A stretch of 64,000 nt of DNA from TPA_inf: Saccharomyces (taxonomy: Eukaryota), in assembly GCA_000146045.2 (NCBI GenBank), contig BK006938.2, positions 1,216,001-1,280,000 of the forward strand, read 5' to 3'. Shown here one piece after another: positions 13,610 through 23,959 of the stretch. The notes below the pieces were generated by a model, which did not search any database, was not told the DNA's origin, and was given only the letters and a program-made list of their open reading frames with translations. A program made the translations under genes and the position numbers. Numbering within the stretch: the first letter of the stretch is position 1; each line of letters starts with the position of its first letter.

Positions 13610-14166
13610 CACTAATAATCTCTGCTTGTTTTGCTTATACTGTGCAATGCCATATTTTCTCGTTAATATGGCGTCTTGTGCATTATTGAATGGGTTGCTG
13701 CGACGTTGCTTATTTGGCATTGTACACGAACAGCTGCCCCCGGGTAAAATGTTTTAATAATAGAAATATCTTACATTAAACGGCTAAAAGAAAGGCCTAT
13801 AGTCGTAATAACATTTATTTCCTACACATAACCCAGTTAATTAGCCACAGTGATATTCGATTTATGCCGCTTCAATTGTGCTTAAATCGTTGCATCGCTT
13901 CAGTAACTTTTAATTGTAATGATAATGCACGTCAATTTAGTTTCCCATTCGGGTAAACAGTATCAGGTCGAGATATGAAAATTGGCATTCCTTGGAGAAT
14001 GTTAGCCAGAAGATCGATCAGTCGACTCCCCTATTGATTAACATTTCATCTTTGCATACTTGGCGTTTCTAATCCTTATCTTTTATTACCAAGAGTTCAT
14101 TGTACTTTTAATAAAGTGAAATATAACGTAGCATCTCAAGAGCAAGGAGATTTTGATGAAAAAAAT

Positions 14167-17100
14167 ATGTCAGCTGACCCTATTAATGACCAATCGTCTT
14201 TATGTGTGAGGTGCAATAAATCAATCGCGTCTAGCCAGGTATACGAATTAGAAAGCAAAAAATGGCATGACCAGTGCTTTACATGCTACAAATGTGACAA
14301 AAAATTGAACGCAGATTCAGACTTTTTGGTTCTGGATATAGGTACATTAATTTGTTACGACTGCTCAGATAAATGTACAAATTGTGGCGATAAAATAGAC
14401 GACACAGCAATTATACTGCCTTCCTCAAATGAGGCCTATTGTTCCAATTGTTTCAGATGCTGTCGGTGCAGCAACCGTATAAAGAACTTAAAGTATGCAA
14501 AGACAAAACGAGGACTATGTTGTATGGATTGTCACGAGAAATTGTTGAGAAAAAAACAACTATTACTGGAAAATCAAACAAAAAATTCATCGAAAGAAGA
14601 TTTTCCCATAAAACTTCCTGAAAGATCAGTCAAAAGGCCCTTGTCACCCACCAGAATAAATGGTAAGTCAGATGTCAGTACAAACAACACCGCAATAAGT
14701 AAGAACCTTGTAAGCTCGAATGAGGATCAACAGCTCACTCCACAAGTTTTAGTATCACAAGAAAGAGATGAATCATCGTTGAATGACAATAATGATAATG
14801 ATAACAGCAAGGACAGGGAGGAAACATCTTCTCACGCAAGGACGGTTTCTATTGACGACATTCTGAACTCTACTTTGGAACACGATAGTAATAGCATTGA
14901 AGAGCAGAGTTTGGTGGATAATGAGGACTACATCAACAAAATGGGTGAAGACGTAACCTATAGGCTATTAAAACCACAAAGAGCAAATCGAGATTCCATA
15001 GTGGTAAAGGATCCGAGGATCCCAAATTCGAACTCGAACGCGAATAGATTCTTTTCAATTTATGATAAAGAAGAGACAGACAAAGATGATACAGACAACA
15101 AAGAGAATGAAATCATCGTCAACACACCCAGAAATAGCACTGATAAAATTACAAGTCCTTTGAACAGCCCTATGGCTGTACAAATGAACGAAGAGGTCGA
15201 ACCTCCGCATGGACTGGCATTAACTTTATCAGAAGCTACGAAAGAAAATAACAAATCATCTCAAGGTATTCAAACGTCAACTTCCAAATCTATGAATCAT
15301 GTCTCCCCGATTACAAGAACCGATACCGTAGAAATGAAAACATCAACCTCTTCATCGACATTACGTTTGTCTGATAATGGAAGTTTCAGCAGGCCTCAAA
15401 CAGCAGATAACTTATTGCCGCATAAAAAAGTAGCACCCTCTCCAAACAAAAAACTTTCAAGATCGTTTTCTTTGAAGTCCAAAAATTTTGTTCACAACCT
15501 GAAAAGTAAAACTTCGGAAATGCTGGACCCAAAGCATCCCCATCACAGCACTTCTATACAGGAATCAGACACTCATTCTGGCTGGGGTGTTTCCTCTACT
15601 CATACAAATATAAGAAAATCAAAAGCCAAAAAAAATCCTGTATCAAGAGGCCAAAGTGACAGTACAATATACAATACTCTACCACAACATGGAAATTTTA
15701 CAGTACCGGAGTTTAATCACAAAAAAGCGCAAAGCAGCCTTGGCAGTATATCCAAAAAGCAAAATTCTAATGATACAGCCACTAATAGACGCATAAATGG
15801 TTCATTTACAAGTTCAAGCTCGGGGCATCATATAGCAATGTTCCGTACGCCGCCTTTGGAATCAGGGCCATTATTTAAGAGGCCATCTCTGTCATCTGAG
15901 TCCGCACACCACAGATCTTCTAGCTTACAGACGTCTAGATCCACTAATGCATTGTTGGAAGACGATTCCACGAAAGTGGATGCTACTGATGAAAGCGCTA
16001 CAAGCTTGGAAAAGGACTTTTACTTTACTGAGTTGACTTTAAGGAAGTTAAAATTAGATGTGAGGGAACTAGAAGGTACGAAGAAAAAATTATTACAAGA
16101 TGTTGAAAATCTAAGATTAGCGAAAGAGAGGCTGTTAAATGATGTTGACAATTTAACAAGAGAAAAGGATAAGCAATCTGCATCTTCCCGGGAGTCCTTA
16201 GAACAAAAAGAAAACATTGCAACATCAATCACTGTAAAGTCACCAAGTTCAAATTCCGACAGAAAAGGGAGCATATCTAATGCCAGTCCTAAACCACGCT
16301 TCTGGAAAATATTTTCAAGTGCTAAGGATCACCAGGTAGGCGATCTAGAATCACAGCAACGTTCGCCAAATTCATCTTCAGGCGGAACGACAAATATAGC
16401 ACAGAAAGAAATATCATCACCGAAATTAATTCGAGTACACGATGAGCTTCCTTCTCCAGGCAAAGTACCACTGTCGCCAAGTCCAAAGAGATTAGATTAT
16501 ACGCCTGATGGTTCCCATTTATATGGATCTTCGCTACAAGCTCGATGTGCGTATGAAAAAAGTACTGTTCCAATAATTATCAGGTGCTGCATTGATCGCA
16601 TTGAAAAAGATGATATAGGCCTGAACATGGAAGGCTTATACAGAAAGTCGGGCTCACAGACTTTGGTTGAGGAGATCGAAAATGAATTCGCTCAGAATAA
16701 TTCGTTGCATAGTGATACATTAAGTCCCAAACTGAATGCTTTACTGAATCAAGATATTCATGCAGTGGCTAGCGTATTAAAACGATATTTGAGAAAACTA
16801 CCAGATCCAGTTTTATCATTTTCCATATACGATGCCTTGATAGATCTAGTTAGAAATAACCAACTAATTGAGAGGCTACCATTAAACAACGACAAGTTTT
16901 TGGATTCACCACAAAAAGTGACTATTTATGAAATGGTGCTCAAAAGCCTACTTGAAATTTTCAAAATTTTACCCGTAGAGCATCAGGAAGTATTGAAAGT
17001 ATTGGCAGCACATATCGGCAAAGTTCGAAGGTGCAGTGAAAGAAATTTAATGAACTTACATAACTTGTCGTTGGTCTTTGCACCGAGTCTTATCCACGAT

Positions 17101-17196
17101 TTTGACGGCGAGAAAGATATTGTGGACATGAAGGAGAGGAATTATATCGTGGAATTTATACTTGGAAACTATAGAGACATATTTAAGCAAGCATAA
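14167..17196 (+). CDS. RGA2: RGA2 (YDR379W) Cdc42 Rho-GAP with N-terminal LIM domains, 1009 aa
   Basis: Cys/His-rich LIM repeats at the N-terminus and a RhoGAP domain near the C-terminus (GLYRKSG...). The ATG at 14167 gives MSADPINDQ. Confidence 0.9.
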   Translation: MSADPINDQSSLCVRCNKSIASSQVYELESKKWHDQCFTCYKCDKKLNADSDFLVLDIGTLICYDCSDKCTNCGDKIDDTAIILPSSNEAYCSNCFRCCRCSNRIKNLKYAKTKRGLCCMDCHEKLLRKKQLLLENQTKNSSKEDFPIKLPERSVKRPLSPTRINGKSDVSTNNTAISKNLVSSNEDQQLTPQVLVSQERDESSLNDNNDNDNSKDREETSSHARTVSIDDILNSTLEHDSNSIEEQSLVDNEDYINKMGEDVTYRLLKPQRANRDSIVVKDPRIPNSNSNANRFFSIYDKEETDKDDTDNKENEIIVNTPRNSTDKITSPLNSPMAVQMNEEVEPPHGLALTLSEATKENNKSSQGIQTSTSKSMNHVSPITRTDTVEMKTSTSSSTLRLSDNGSFSRPQTADNLLPHKKVAPSPNKKLSRSFSLKSKNFVHNLKSKTSEMLDPKHPHHSTSIQESDTHSGWGVSSTHTNIRKSKAKKNPVSRGQSDSTIYNTLPQHGNFTVPEFNHKKAQSSLGSISKKQNSNDTATNRRINGSFTSSSSGHHIAMFRTPPLESGPLFKRPSLSSESAHHRSSSLQTSRSTNALLEDDSTKVDATDESATSLEKDFYFTELTLRKLKLDVRELEGTKKKLLQDVENLRLAKERLLNDVDNLTREKDKQSASSRESLEQKENIATSITVKSPSSNSDRKGSISNASPKPRFWKIFSSAKDHQVGDLESQQRSPNSSSGGTTNIAQKEISSPKLIRVHDELPSPGKVPLSPSPKRLDYTPDGSHLYGSSLQARCAYEKSTVPIIIRCCIDRIEKDDIGLNMEGLYRKSGSQTLVEEIENEFAQNNSLHSDTLSPKLNALLNQDIHAVASVLKRYLRKLPDPVLSFSIYDALIDLVRNNQLIERLPLNNDKFLDSPQKVTIYEMVLKSLLEIFKILPVEHQEVLKVLAAHIGKVRRCSERNLMNLHNLSLVFAPSLIHDFDGEKDIVDMKERNYIVEFILGNYRDIFKQA

Positions 17197-17277
17197 TACA
17201 GATTTGCAAAAGTTAAATAAACATAGGATAGATTAAATAAGAAATCATATGAAAAAAGAATAAAGTAAGAAAATAGT

Positions 17278-17517
17278 TCAATGTATATTCGTCAGTTCAG
17301 GGTGTGAAAAGGTGGCAATTTTTTTGTTTCCGACCCGTAACAAGTGTTCAATGGTGGTGAAGTCTTTTCTTGGCAAATTTCTATACTTCCCAAATTCTTC
17401 ATGAATATAATTCACAAAATTAACTTGGTTTTCCTTTGGTTTTGTATGAGCCGTTCGTATGGAAGCCCTATACAGGTGTAAGACTTCTTTTTGTAACCCA
17501 CTTAATCTCTTAGGCAT
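17278..17517 (-). CDS. SDH6: SDH6 (YDR379C-A) LYR-motif SDH assembly factor, 79 aa
   Basis: 79-aa ORF carrying LYR (LHLYRASIR), convergent with RGA2. Confidence 0.85.
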   Translation of the reverse strand: MPKRLSGLQKEVLHLYRASIRTAHTKPKENQVNFVNYIHEEFGKYRNLPRKDFTTIEHLLRVGNKKIATFSHPELTNIH

Positions 17518-17862
17518 GCTCTTGGTATTGCGTCTCCTCTTCTTCTTGTGTGTTTAAGCTACATTATCTTTGTTAAGAATAATTTGGCGAACCCCTTTTT
17601 TTCTTCGGCTTTGCAAGGTTAATTAATTAACATCTACCAGTTTTACTACATTTTAGATTGGTTCGTCCACCGAAATTTAAAAAAGCAGGATTGAAAGCGT
17701 ACAACAACGTCTTAGCGAAAAAGATAATCCAAAATTCGATGCTTGTACACCTCATGTAGCTTCCTTATTAACATTTGGTAGTAGGCTTAGGCTATTTTTT
17801 GAAAAAGCCGTCATATATTACTTTGAGCCTTTGCGAATCCTCTCCAAAGTGTCGGTTACCTA

Positions 17863-17908
17863 CCGGGAGGGATAACCGCGGATAGCCGTCATTTACCGAA
17901 AATTGCCG
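17863..17908 (+). promoter_or_regulatory. Aro80-type UAS in the ARO10 promoter: CCG repeats at exact 10-bp spacing, interleaved with GATA motifs
   Basis: CCG at 17876, 17886, 17896 and 17906 (CCG-N7-CCG spacing) plus one at 17863; GATAA at 17871 and GATAG at 17881; about 330 bp upstream of the ARO10 ATG. Confidence 0.6.
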
Positions 17909-18217
17909 AGGTCATGCTGAGCATTTGTCGTACTTTTGTGCGGCGGAGCTTTGATACCTTCGGTAAGTGTCGGTATGTAATAGGTTAGTGGCATCTTATT
18001 TATTGTGTTGAGTAAAGTTTAAGATATAAACTGGGCTAGTTTGCATCGTCACTACAGCGGCAGCTCACTTTCATTTTTTTTCTGCGTTTATTAATACTAC
18101 ATAAAATCTGATATAAAACATATTTAACTGATCAACCCTCTCAACTTGATACTCAAAACAAGTTGACGCGACTTCTGTAAAGTTTATTTACAAGATAACA
18201 AAGAAACTCCCTTAAGC

Positions 18218-20125
18218 ATGGCACCTGTTACAATTGAAAAGTTCGTAAATCAAGAAGAACGACACCTTGTTTCCAACCGATCAGCAACAATTCCGTTTGG
18301 TGAATACATATTTAAAAGATTGTTGTCCATCGATACGAAATCAGTTTTCGGTGTTCCTGGTGACTTCAACTTATCTCTATTAGAATATCTCTATTCACCT
18401 AGTGTTGAATCAGCTGGCCTAAGATGGGTCGGCACGTGTAATGAACTGAACGCCGCTTATGCGGCCGACGGATATTCCCGTTACTCTAATAAGATTGGCT
18501 GTTTAATAACCACGTATGGCGTTGGTGAATTAAGCGCCTTGAACGGTATAGCCGGTTCGTTCGCTGAAAATGTCAAAGTTTTGCACATTGTTGGTGTGGC
18601 CAAGTCCATAGATTCGCGTTCAAGTAACTTTAGTGATCGGAACCTACATCATTTGGTCCCACAGCTACATGATTCAAATTTTAAAGGGCCAAATCATAAA
18701 GTATATCATGATATGGTAAAAGATAGAGTCGCTTGCTCGGTAGCCTACTTGGAGGATATTGAAACTGCATGTGACCAAGTCGATAATGTTATCCGCGATA
18801 TTTACAAGTATTCTAAACCTGGTTATATTTTTGTTCCTGCAGATTTTGCGGATATGTCTGTTACATGTGATAATTTGGTTAATGTTCCACGTATATCTCA
18901 ACAAGATTGTATAGTATACCCTTCTGAAAACCAATTGTCTGACATAATCAACAAGATTACTAGTTGGATATATTCCAGTAAAACACCTGCGATCCTTGGA
19001 GACGTACTGACTGATAGGTATGGTGTGAGTAACTTTTTGAACAAGCTTATCTGCAAAACTGGGATTTGGAATTTTTCCACTGTTATGGGAAAATCTGTAA
19101 TTGATGAGTCAAACCCAACTTATATGGGTCAATATAATGGTAAAGAAGGTTTAAAACAAGTCTATGAACATTTTGAACTGTGCGACTTGGTCTTGCATTT
19201 TGGAGTCGACATCAATGAAATTAATAATGGGCATTATACTTTTACTTATAAACCAAATGCTAAAATCATTCAATTTCATCCGAATTATATTCGCCTTGTG
19301 GACACTAGGCAGGGCAATGAGCAAATGTTCAAAGGAATCAATTTTGCCCCTATTTTAAAAGAACTATACAAGCGCATTGACGTTTCTAAACTTTCTTTGC
19401 AATATGATTCAAATGTAACTCAATATACGAACGAAACAATGCGGTTAGAAGATCCTACCAATGGACAATCAAGCATTATTACACAAGTTCACTTACAAAA
19501 GACGATGCCTAAATTTTTGAACCCTGGTGATGTTGTCGTTTGTGAAACAGGCTCTTTTCAATTCTCTGTTCGTGATTTCGCGTTTCCTTCGCAATTAAAA
19601 TATATATCGCAAGGATTTTTCCTTTCCATTGGCATGGCCCTTCCTGCCGCCCTAGGTGTTGGAATTGCCATGCAAGACCACTCAAACGCTCACATCAATG
19701 GTGGCAACGTAAAAGAGGACTATAAGCCAAGATTAATTTTGTTTGAAGGTGACGGTGCAGCACAGATGACAATCCAAGAACTGAGCACCATTCTGAAGTG
19801 CAATATTCCACTAGAAGTTATCATTTGGAACAATAACGGCTACACTATTGAAAGAGCCATCATGGGCCCTACCAGGTCGTATAACGACGTTATGTCTTGG
19901 AAATGGACCAAACTATTTGAAGCATTCGGAGACTTCGACGGAAAGTATACTAATAGCACTCTCATTCAATGTCCCTCTAAATTAGCACTGAAATTGGAGG
20001 AGCTTAAGAATTCAAACAAAAGAAGCGGGATAGAACTTTTAGAAGTCAAATTAGGCGAATTGGATTTCCCCGAACAGCTAAAGTGCATGGTTGAAGCAGC
20101 GGCACTTAAAAGAAATAAAAAATAG
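18218..20125 (+). CDS. ARO10: ARO10 (YDR380W) phenylpyruvate/2-oxoacid decarboxylase, TPP-dependent, 635 aa
   Basis: TPP-enzyme fold with the GDG motif (FEGDGAAQM); N-terminus MAPVTIEKFVNQEERHL recognised. Confidence 0.95.
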   Translation: MAPVTIEKFVNQEERHLVSNRSATIPFGEYIFKRLLSIDTKSVFGVPGDFNLSLLEYLYSPSVESAGLRWVGTCNELNAAYAADGYSRYSNKIGCLITTYGVGELSALNGIAGSFAENVKVLHIVGVAKSIDSRSSNFSDRNLHHLVPQLHDSNFKGPNHKVYHDMVKDRVACSVAYLEDIETACDQVDNVIRDIYKYSKPGYIFVPADFADMSVTCDNLVNVPRISQQDCIVYPSENQLSDIINKITSWIYSSKTPAILGDVLTDRYGVSNFLNKLICKTGIWNFSTVMGKSVIDESNPTYMGQYNGKEGLKQVYEHFELCDLVLHFGVDINEINNGHYTFTYKPNAKIIQFHPNYIRLVDTRQGNEQMFKGINFAPILKELYKRIDVSKLSLQYDSNVTQYTNETMRLEDPTNGQSSIITQVHLQKTMPKFLNPGDVVVCETGSFQFSVRDFAFPSQLKYISQGFFLSIGMALPAALGVGIAMQDHSNAHINGGNVKEDYKPRLILFEGDGAAQMTIQELSTILKCNIPLEVIIWNNNGYTIERAIMGPTRSYNDVMSWKWTKLFEAFGDFDGKYTNSTLIQCPSKLALKLEELKNSNKRSGIELLEVKLGELDFPEQLKCMVEAAALKRNKK

Positions 20126-20356
20126 AAACTTGTGGGCGCAATTATAAAACACTGCTACCAATTGTTCGTTTTCTGTTCATTAACACATAAAAAACCCTTA
20201 TGTAACTATATTTACAAAGTAAATACGTATATTAAAGCTATTTTACCACTACCACAGAGTTCTTTGTCCAGTTGCTAGTATTTTTTTTTTCGCGACGAGG
20301 CAGGGGCGGGGAGACGTGTTGTTTTTCCACGGCTTTCGGCTCACCACTTGAAGAAC

Positions 20357-20364
20357 TATAAAAG
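20357..20364 (+). promoter_or_regulatory. TATA box TATAAAAG about 195 bp upstream of the YRA1 ATG
   Basis: Consensus TATAAAAG located just after a T10 tract and a GC-rich patch. Confidence 0.4.
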
Positions 20365-20557
20365 GCCGCCAAATTTATCCTTTTTCACTTCTTCCGTTCG
20401 CTTTTTTCTGTCATTCCTATCGTGTGTTTAGTAGTAGGTTTTTTTGTTAGAAGAAGTTTTATCCGAAAACTATCGAAGACAAATAGATAAAAAAATCTCC
20501 CTCGTTCTATTTGAAACTTTAAGAAATCCATATTAAGAAAATACCTACATCTGCTAA

Positions 20558-20842
20558 ATGTCTGCTAACTTAGATAAATCCTTAGACGAAATCATTGGCT
20601 CTAACAAAGCAGGAAGTAATAGAGCCCGTGTCGGTGGTACTCGTGGTAACGGTCCAAGAAGAGTTGGTAAGCAAGTTGGTAGCCAACGTAGGAGCCTTCC
20701 AAACAGAAGAGGCCCTATCAGAAAAAATACTAGGGCACCTCCAAACGCAGTCGCTAGAGTTGCCAAGCTCTTGGACACCACTAGAGAGGTCAAGGTCAAC
20801 GTCGAAGGTTTGCCAAGGGACATTAAGCAGGATGCTGTAAGA
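20558..20842 (+). CDS. YRA1: YRA1 (YDR381W) exon 1, 95 codons; mRNA export adaptor (REF/ALY)
   Basis: Starts MSANLDKSLDEIIGS... and ends ...QDAVR, immediately followed by GTATGT. Confidence 0.9.
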
Positions 20843-21608
20843 GTATGTTAATACGTGAAATGAGAGCTATTTGTTTAGTTACTCGCATCGTCTCGTGTGG
20901 ATACGAGAAATATTCTTTGTAAGGAAGGATATGGCACACGCTTTTGATCAAGAATTCTCTTTTTAGAGATGAAGAAAGAGTCCGAAATACTTCGCTAGAG
21001 AAAATACAAAAAGAGTATCGTTTTCATAAGCCAACCATACCAATTTTTTTCAATACTTCAAATCATGGCCTATAAGGTTGGAATTACCAGCTACCACTGA
21101 GAATGGGTTTGTTCTTATTGGCTGGGTTAACTCAAATCAATCTGACTATCTGCTAATCTGTCAATCTTACATTTTTAAGCTGGCGTATTGTGTCGCCTCG
21201 ACCGTGATAGTTAGTTCCTATTTTTAATAAGCGTATCATCCAATACTGAAGTTGTGGAAGGATCAATTAATTTTGTATCCTTTCAAGAGGGAGTAGCTTT
21301 CAGTTTCGAATGGCACCATTTTCAAAAAATAGCTATGGGAAACATGTCTTTCATGAACGTTCGAAAAGATATGAGTGCATCGCTTCATTTTTTTATTATG
21401 ATAGTTACAAAAATATTTGATTTGAGACACCTAATGAAACCAAAGAGGAACTCACCCATCGTGGTACATGTTTATTTGAGGGTTTATTTTTCCTACGCAA
21501 TGGTATACTTTTAATACTCTCAACTCCTTGATTGTTTGTGTATTGTCCCTTCCTTCTTTGATTTTATATCATAGAGATATATGACTAACTTTTTTTTTTT
21601 TATTATAG
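20843..21608 (+). other. YRA1: YRA1 intron, 766 nt (GTATGT ... GACTAAC ... TATTATAG)
   Basis: 5' splice site GTATGT at 20843; branch-like gACTAAC at 21583..21589; 3' splice site AG at 21607..21608; joins exon 1 to the RRM-containing exon 2 in frame. Confidence 0.85.
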
Positions 21609-22004
21609 GAATTTTTTGCATCTCAAGTAGGTGGTGTTCAAAGAGTTTTGTTGAGTTATAACGAAAGGGGCCAATCTACTGGTATGGCTAACATCACATT
21701 CAAAAACGGTGAATTGGCCAGAAGGGCTGTTGAAAGATTTAACGGCTCTCCAATCGATGGAGGCAGATCAAGATTGAGACTTAACCTAATCGTTGATCCA
21801 AACCAACGCCCAGTCAAAAGTTTAGCCGACAGGATCAAGGCTATGCCACAAAAAGGCGGAAACGCTCCAAGACCAGTAAAGAGGGGTCCAAATAGAAAAG
21901 CTGCTATGGCAAAATCCCAAAACAAACCAAAGAGAGAAAAGCCTGCTAAGAAAAGTCTTGAAGATCTGGACAAGGAAATGGCGGACTATTTCGAAAAGAA
22001 ATAA
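21609..22004 (+). CDS. YRA1: YRA1 exon 2, 131 codons plus stop; total protein 226 aa
   Basis: Begins EFFASQVGGVQRVLLSYNERGQSTGMANITF (RRM) and ends in RGG-like and KR-rich tails. Confidence 0.9.
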   Translation, partial: EFFASQVGGVQRVLLSYNERGQSTGMANITFKNGELARRAVERFNGSPIDGGRSRLRLNLIVDPNQRPVKSLADRIKAMPQKGGNAPRPVKRGPNRKAAMAKSQNKPKREKPAKKSLEDLDKEMADYFEKK

Positions 22005-22311
22005 TTAATTGTCAATTTTTTGTTTGATTTAATTTGGTTTTATTAAATTTAATTTTTCCGAGTTTCATTATGTATTAGTTTCCAGAAAATTTAAAGGATT
22101 AAAAAATGTATTAATAAAACTTTGATATGTTTATGTAATAATATTTACCACCGCCACTAGGTGACGCTAACCTACTCATCGGTGACGGCTTTTCTCACTT
22201 TTAAAGTTTATTCGGCATATTTGACTCATAATATGTCACTATTTACAGTGCGATGAATATATATATACATAATACTGCATTGAAAAAATGGATAGGTTGA
22301 TTAAACGTGTG

Positions 22312-22630
22312 TTACTCGTTTCTCCTCCTATCTAAAAAACCTAATTTGTCACCTCTTTTTCTTGTTACAGCACTAAGCCCGCTACCTTCATATTTACTCT
22401 TTCTTACTAATTGATGGTCCTCAGAGCAATCAATGTTGTCTCCTCCATCTTTAGGTATGGGGAACCCTGGTTTGACTTGAGCAAGGTTATCATAATAGTT
22501 TTTTTCATTCACTTCACCATTGTTTCCCCGCGCCTTTGGTATAAATTTAGCATCTCTTCTAGCTTTCACTATGGTCTTGACCACATAAATAGACGCAATC
22601 CCGGCTGCAGAAATGTATAGTAAATTCTTA
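22312..22630 (-). CDS. YDR381C-A exon 2 (small mitochondrial outer-membrane protein); proposed intron complement(22631..22824)
   Basis: This open frame has no internal ATG and the ORF track starts it at TTG. It is translatable only from the upstream exon via an AG|T acceptor at 22630..22632. Confidence 0.5.
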
Positions 22631-22824
22631 CTGTTGAAATCGCATTGGTAGTGTTTTCCTACTTTCGTCTTCACTTTGGTTATATATATGGTGCAATCAA
22701 ACTCTGCTTCAAGGGATAGGCCAATAAGGAAATAACCAAAAAAGAAGTCCGGGAAATAGAAAAAGATATCCAATGTTAGTTTAGGCTTTACGAATAGATG
22801 TTTCCCTATTTCTTTTACACATAC

Positions 22825-22850
22825 CCTATATTTTGAAATGGATTTGACAT
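22825..22850 (-). CDS. YDR381C-A exon 1 (ATG TCA AAT CCA TTT CAA AAT ATA GG = MSNPFQNI-G), followed by GTATGT
   Basis: ATG at complement(22848..22850); GTATGT at complement(22819..22824); branch-like AACTAAC at about complement(22784..22790). Confidence 0.5.
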
Positions 22851-23029
22851 TGTATACTTAGTACGGCTCAAAGAATGAAATATTACTATATTTATCTCTT
22901 CATCTGCCTTGATTTTTTTATATGCAAGCAGGACGCTCGGGTTTGTAAGGAGGAAGATTGAAAAGGATGTCTTCAACTAAAAGGCGAAGAAGGAAGCGAC
23001 ACATTTGTGATGCTTTGAGGTCAGTAATG

Positions 23030-23031
<2 letters not shown>

Positions 23032-23061
<30 letters not shown>
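23032..23061. repeat. (AT)n dinucleotide microsatellite, about 14 units
   Basis: Uninterrupted atatat... run in the YDR381C-A/RPP2B intergenic region. Confidence 0.9.
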
Positions 23062-23067
<6 letters not shown>

Positions 23068-23491
23068 GTGTAACTGCTCTTATTTATCTTGTCTATTCGA
23101 ACCCAACAAAAAAGGCTGCAGTGGGAATCTGTTCATGTGGCTGTATCACAACCAAGGGCTACCGTTTAAGAATACTGGAGAGCTCTTGTCGTCTCTAATT
23201 TTATGATCACGTGCCCATTCTAGTCATTACGCAGGTAATGCGAAAATTACAGTATGGATCGTGTAAAGTTACCAAGCAGAAAAATTGTAATAATTTTCTT
23301 TTTCCAAATTTTCTCGGTATCTGAAATTTTTCATTTAAGAGATGATATTTGGACTTACTCTAAACTATTACTTTACGTATCTTTGATTTAACTTCCAGTT
23401 ACAGATCGTTAAGGAATAGTCCGCGAATTTATTACCGCTTAAACTGATTATTTCAAATATAGAAAGTAATATCTATTAATCAACAACAGAA

Positions 23492-23824
23492 ATGAAATAC
23501 TTAGCTGCTTACTTATTATTGGTTCAAGGTGGTAACGCTGCCCCATCCGCCGCTGACATCAAGGCCGTCGTCGAATCTGTCGGTGCTGAAGTCGATGAAG
23601 CCAGAATCAACGAATTGTTGTCCTCTTTGGAAGGTAAGGGCTCTTTGGAAGAAATCATCGCTGAAGGTCAAAAGAAGTTCGCTACTGTTCCAACTGGTGG
23701 TGCTTCTTCTGCTGCTGCCGGTGCTGCCGGTGCTGCTGCCGGTGGTGATGCTGCTGAAGAAGAAAAGGAAGAAGAAGCTAAGGAAGAATCTGATGATGAC
23801 ATGGGTTTTGGTTTATTCGATTAA
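23492..23824 (+). CDS. RPP2B: RPP2B (YDR382W) ribosomal stalk protein P2 beta, 110 aa
   Basis: Starts [15 protein letters not shown] and ends [13 protein letters not shown] (the P-protein C-terminal motif); strong codon bias. Confidence 0.95.
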   Translation: MKYLAAYLLLVQGGNAAPSAADIKAVVESVGAEVDEARINELLSSLEGKGSLEEIIAEGQKKFATVPTGGASSAAAGAAGAAAGGDAAEEEKEEEAKEESDDDMGFGLFD

Positions 23825-23959
23825 GGAATTTAATTAATAAACAATTTTCTTGTTTTCCTTCATTTTACAAAATCTGGTGTAAATCCTCGATTCCATTGTG
23901 ATTTAAAAATAATTAATTACTGTATAAGATTCTATATAGACAATTAATTGAAAATAGTA

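Noticed and set aside
22312-22773. Taking YDR381C-A as an uninterrupted 153-aa ORF
   Set aside because: Its first codon is TTG and there is no in-frame ATG anywhere in the frame; a spliced model with the upstream ATG exon is required.
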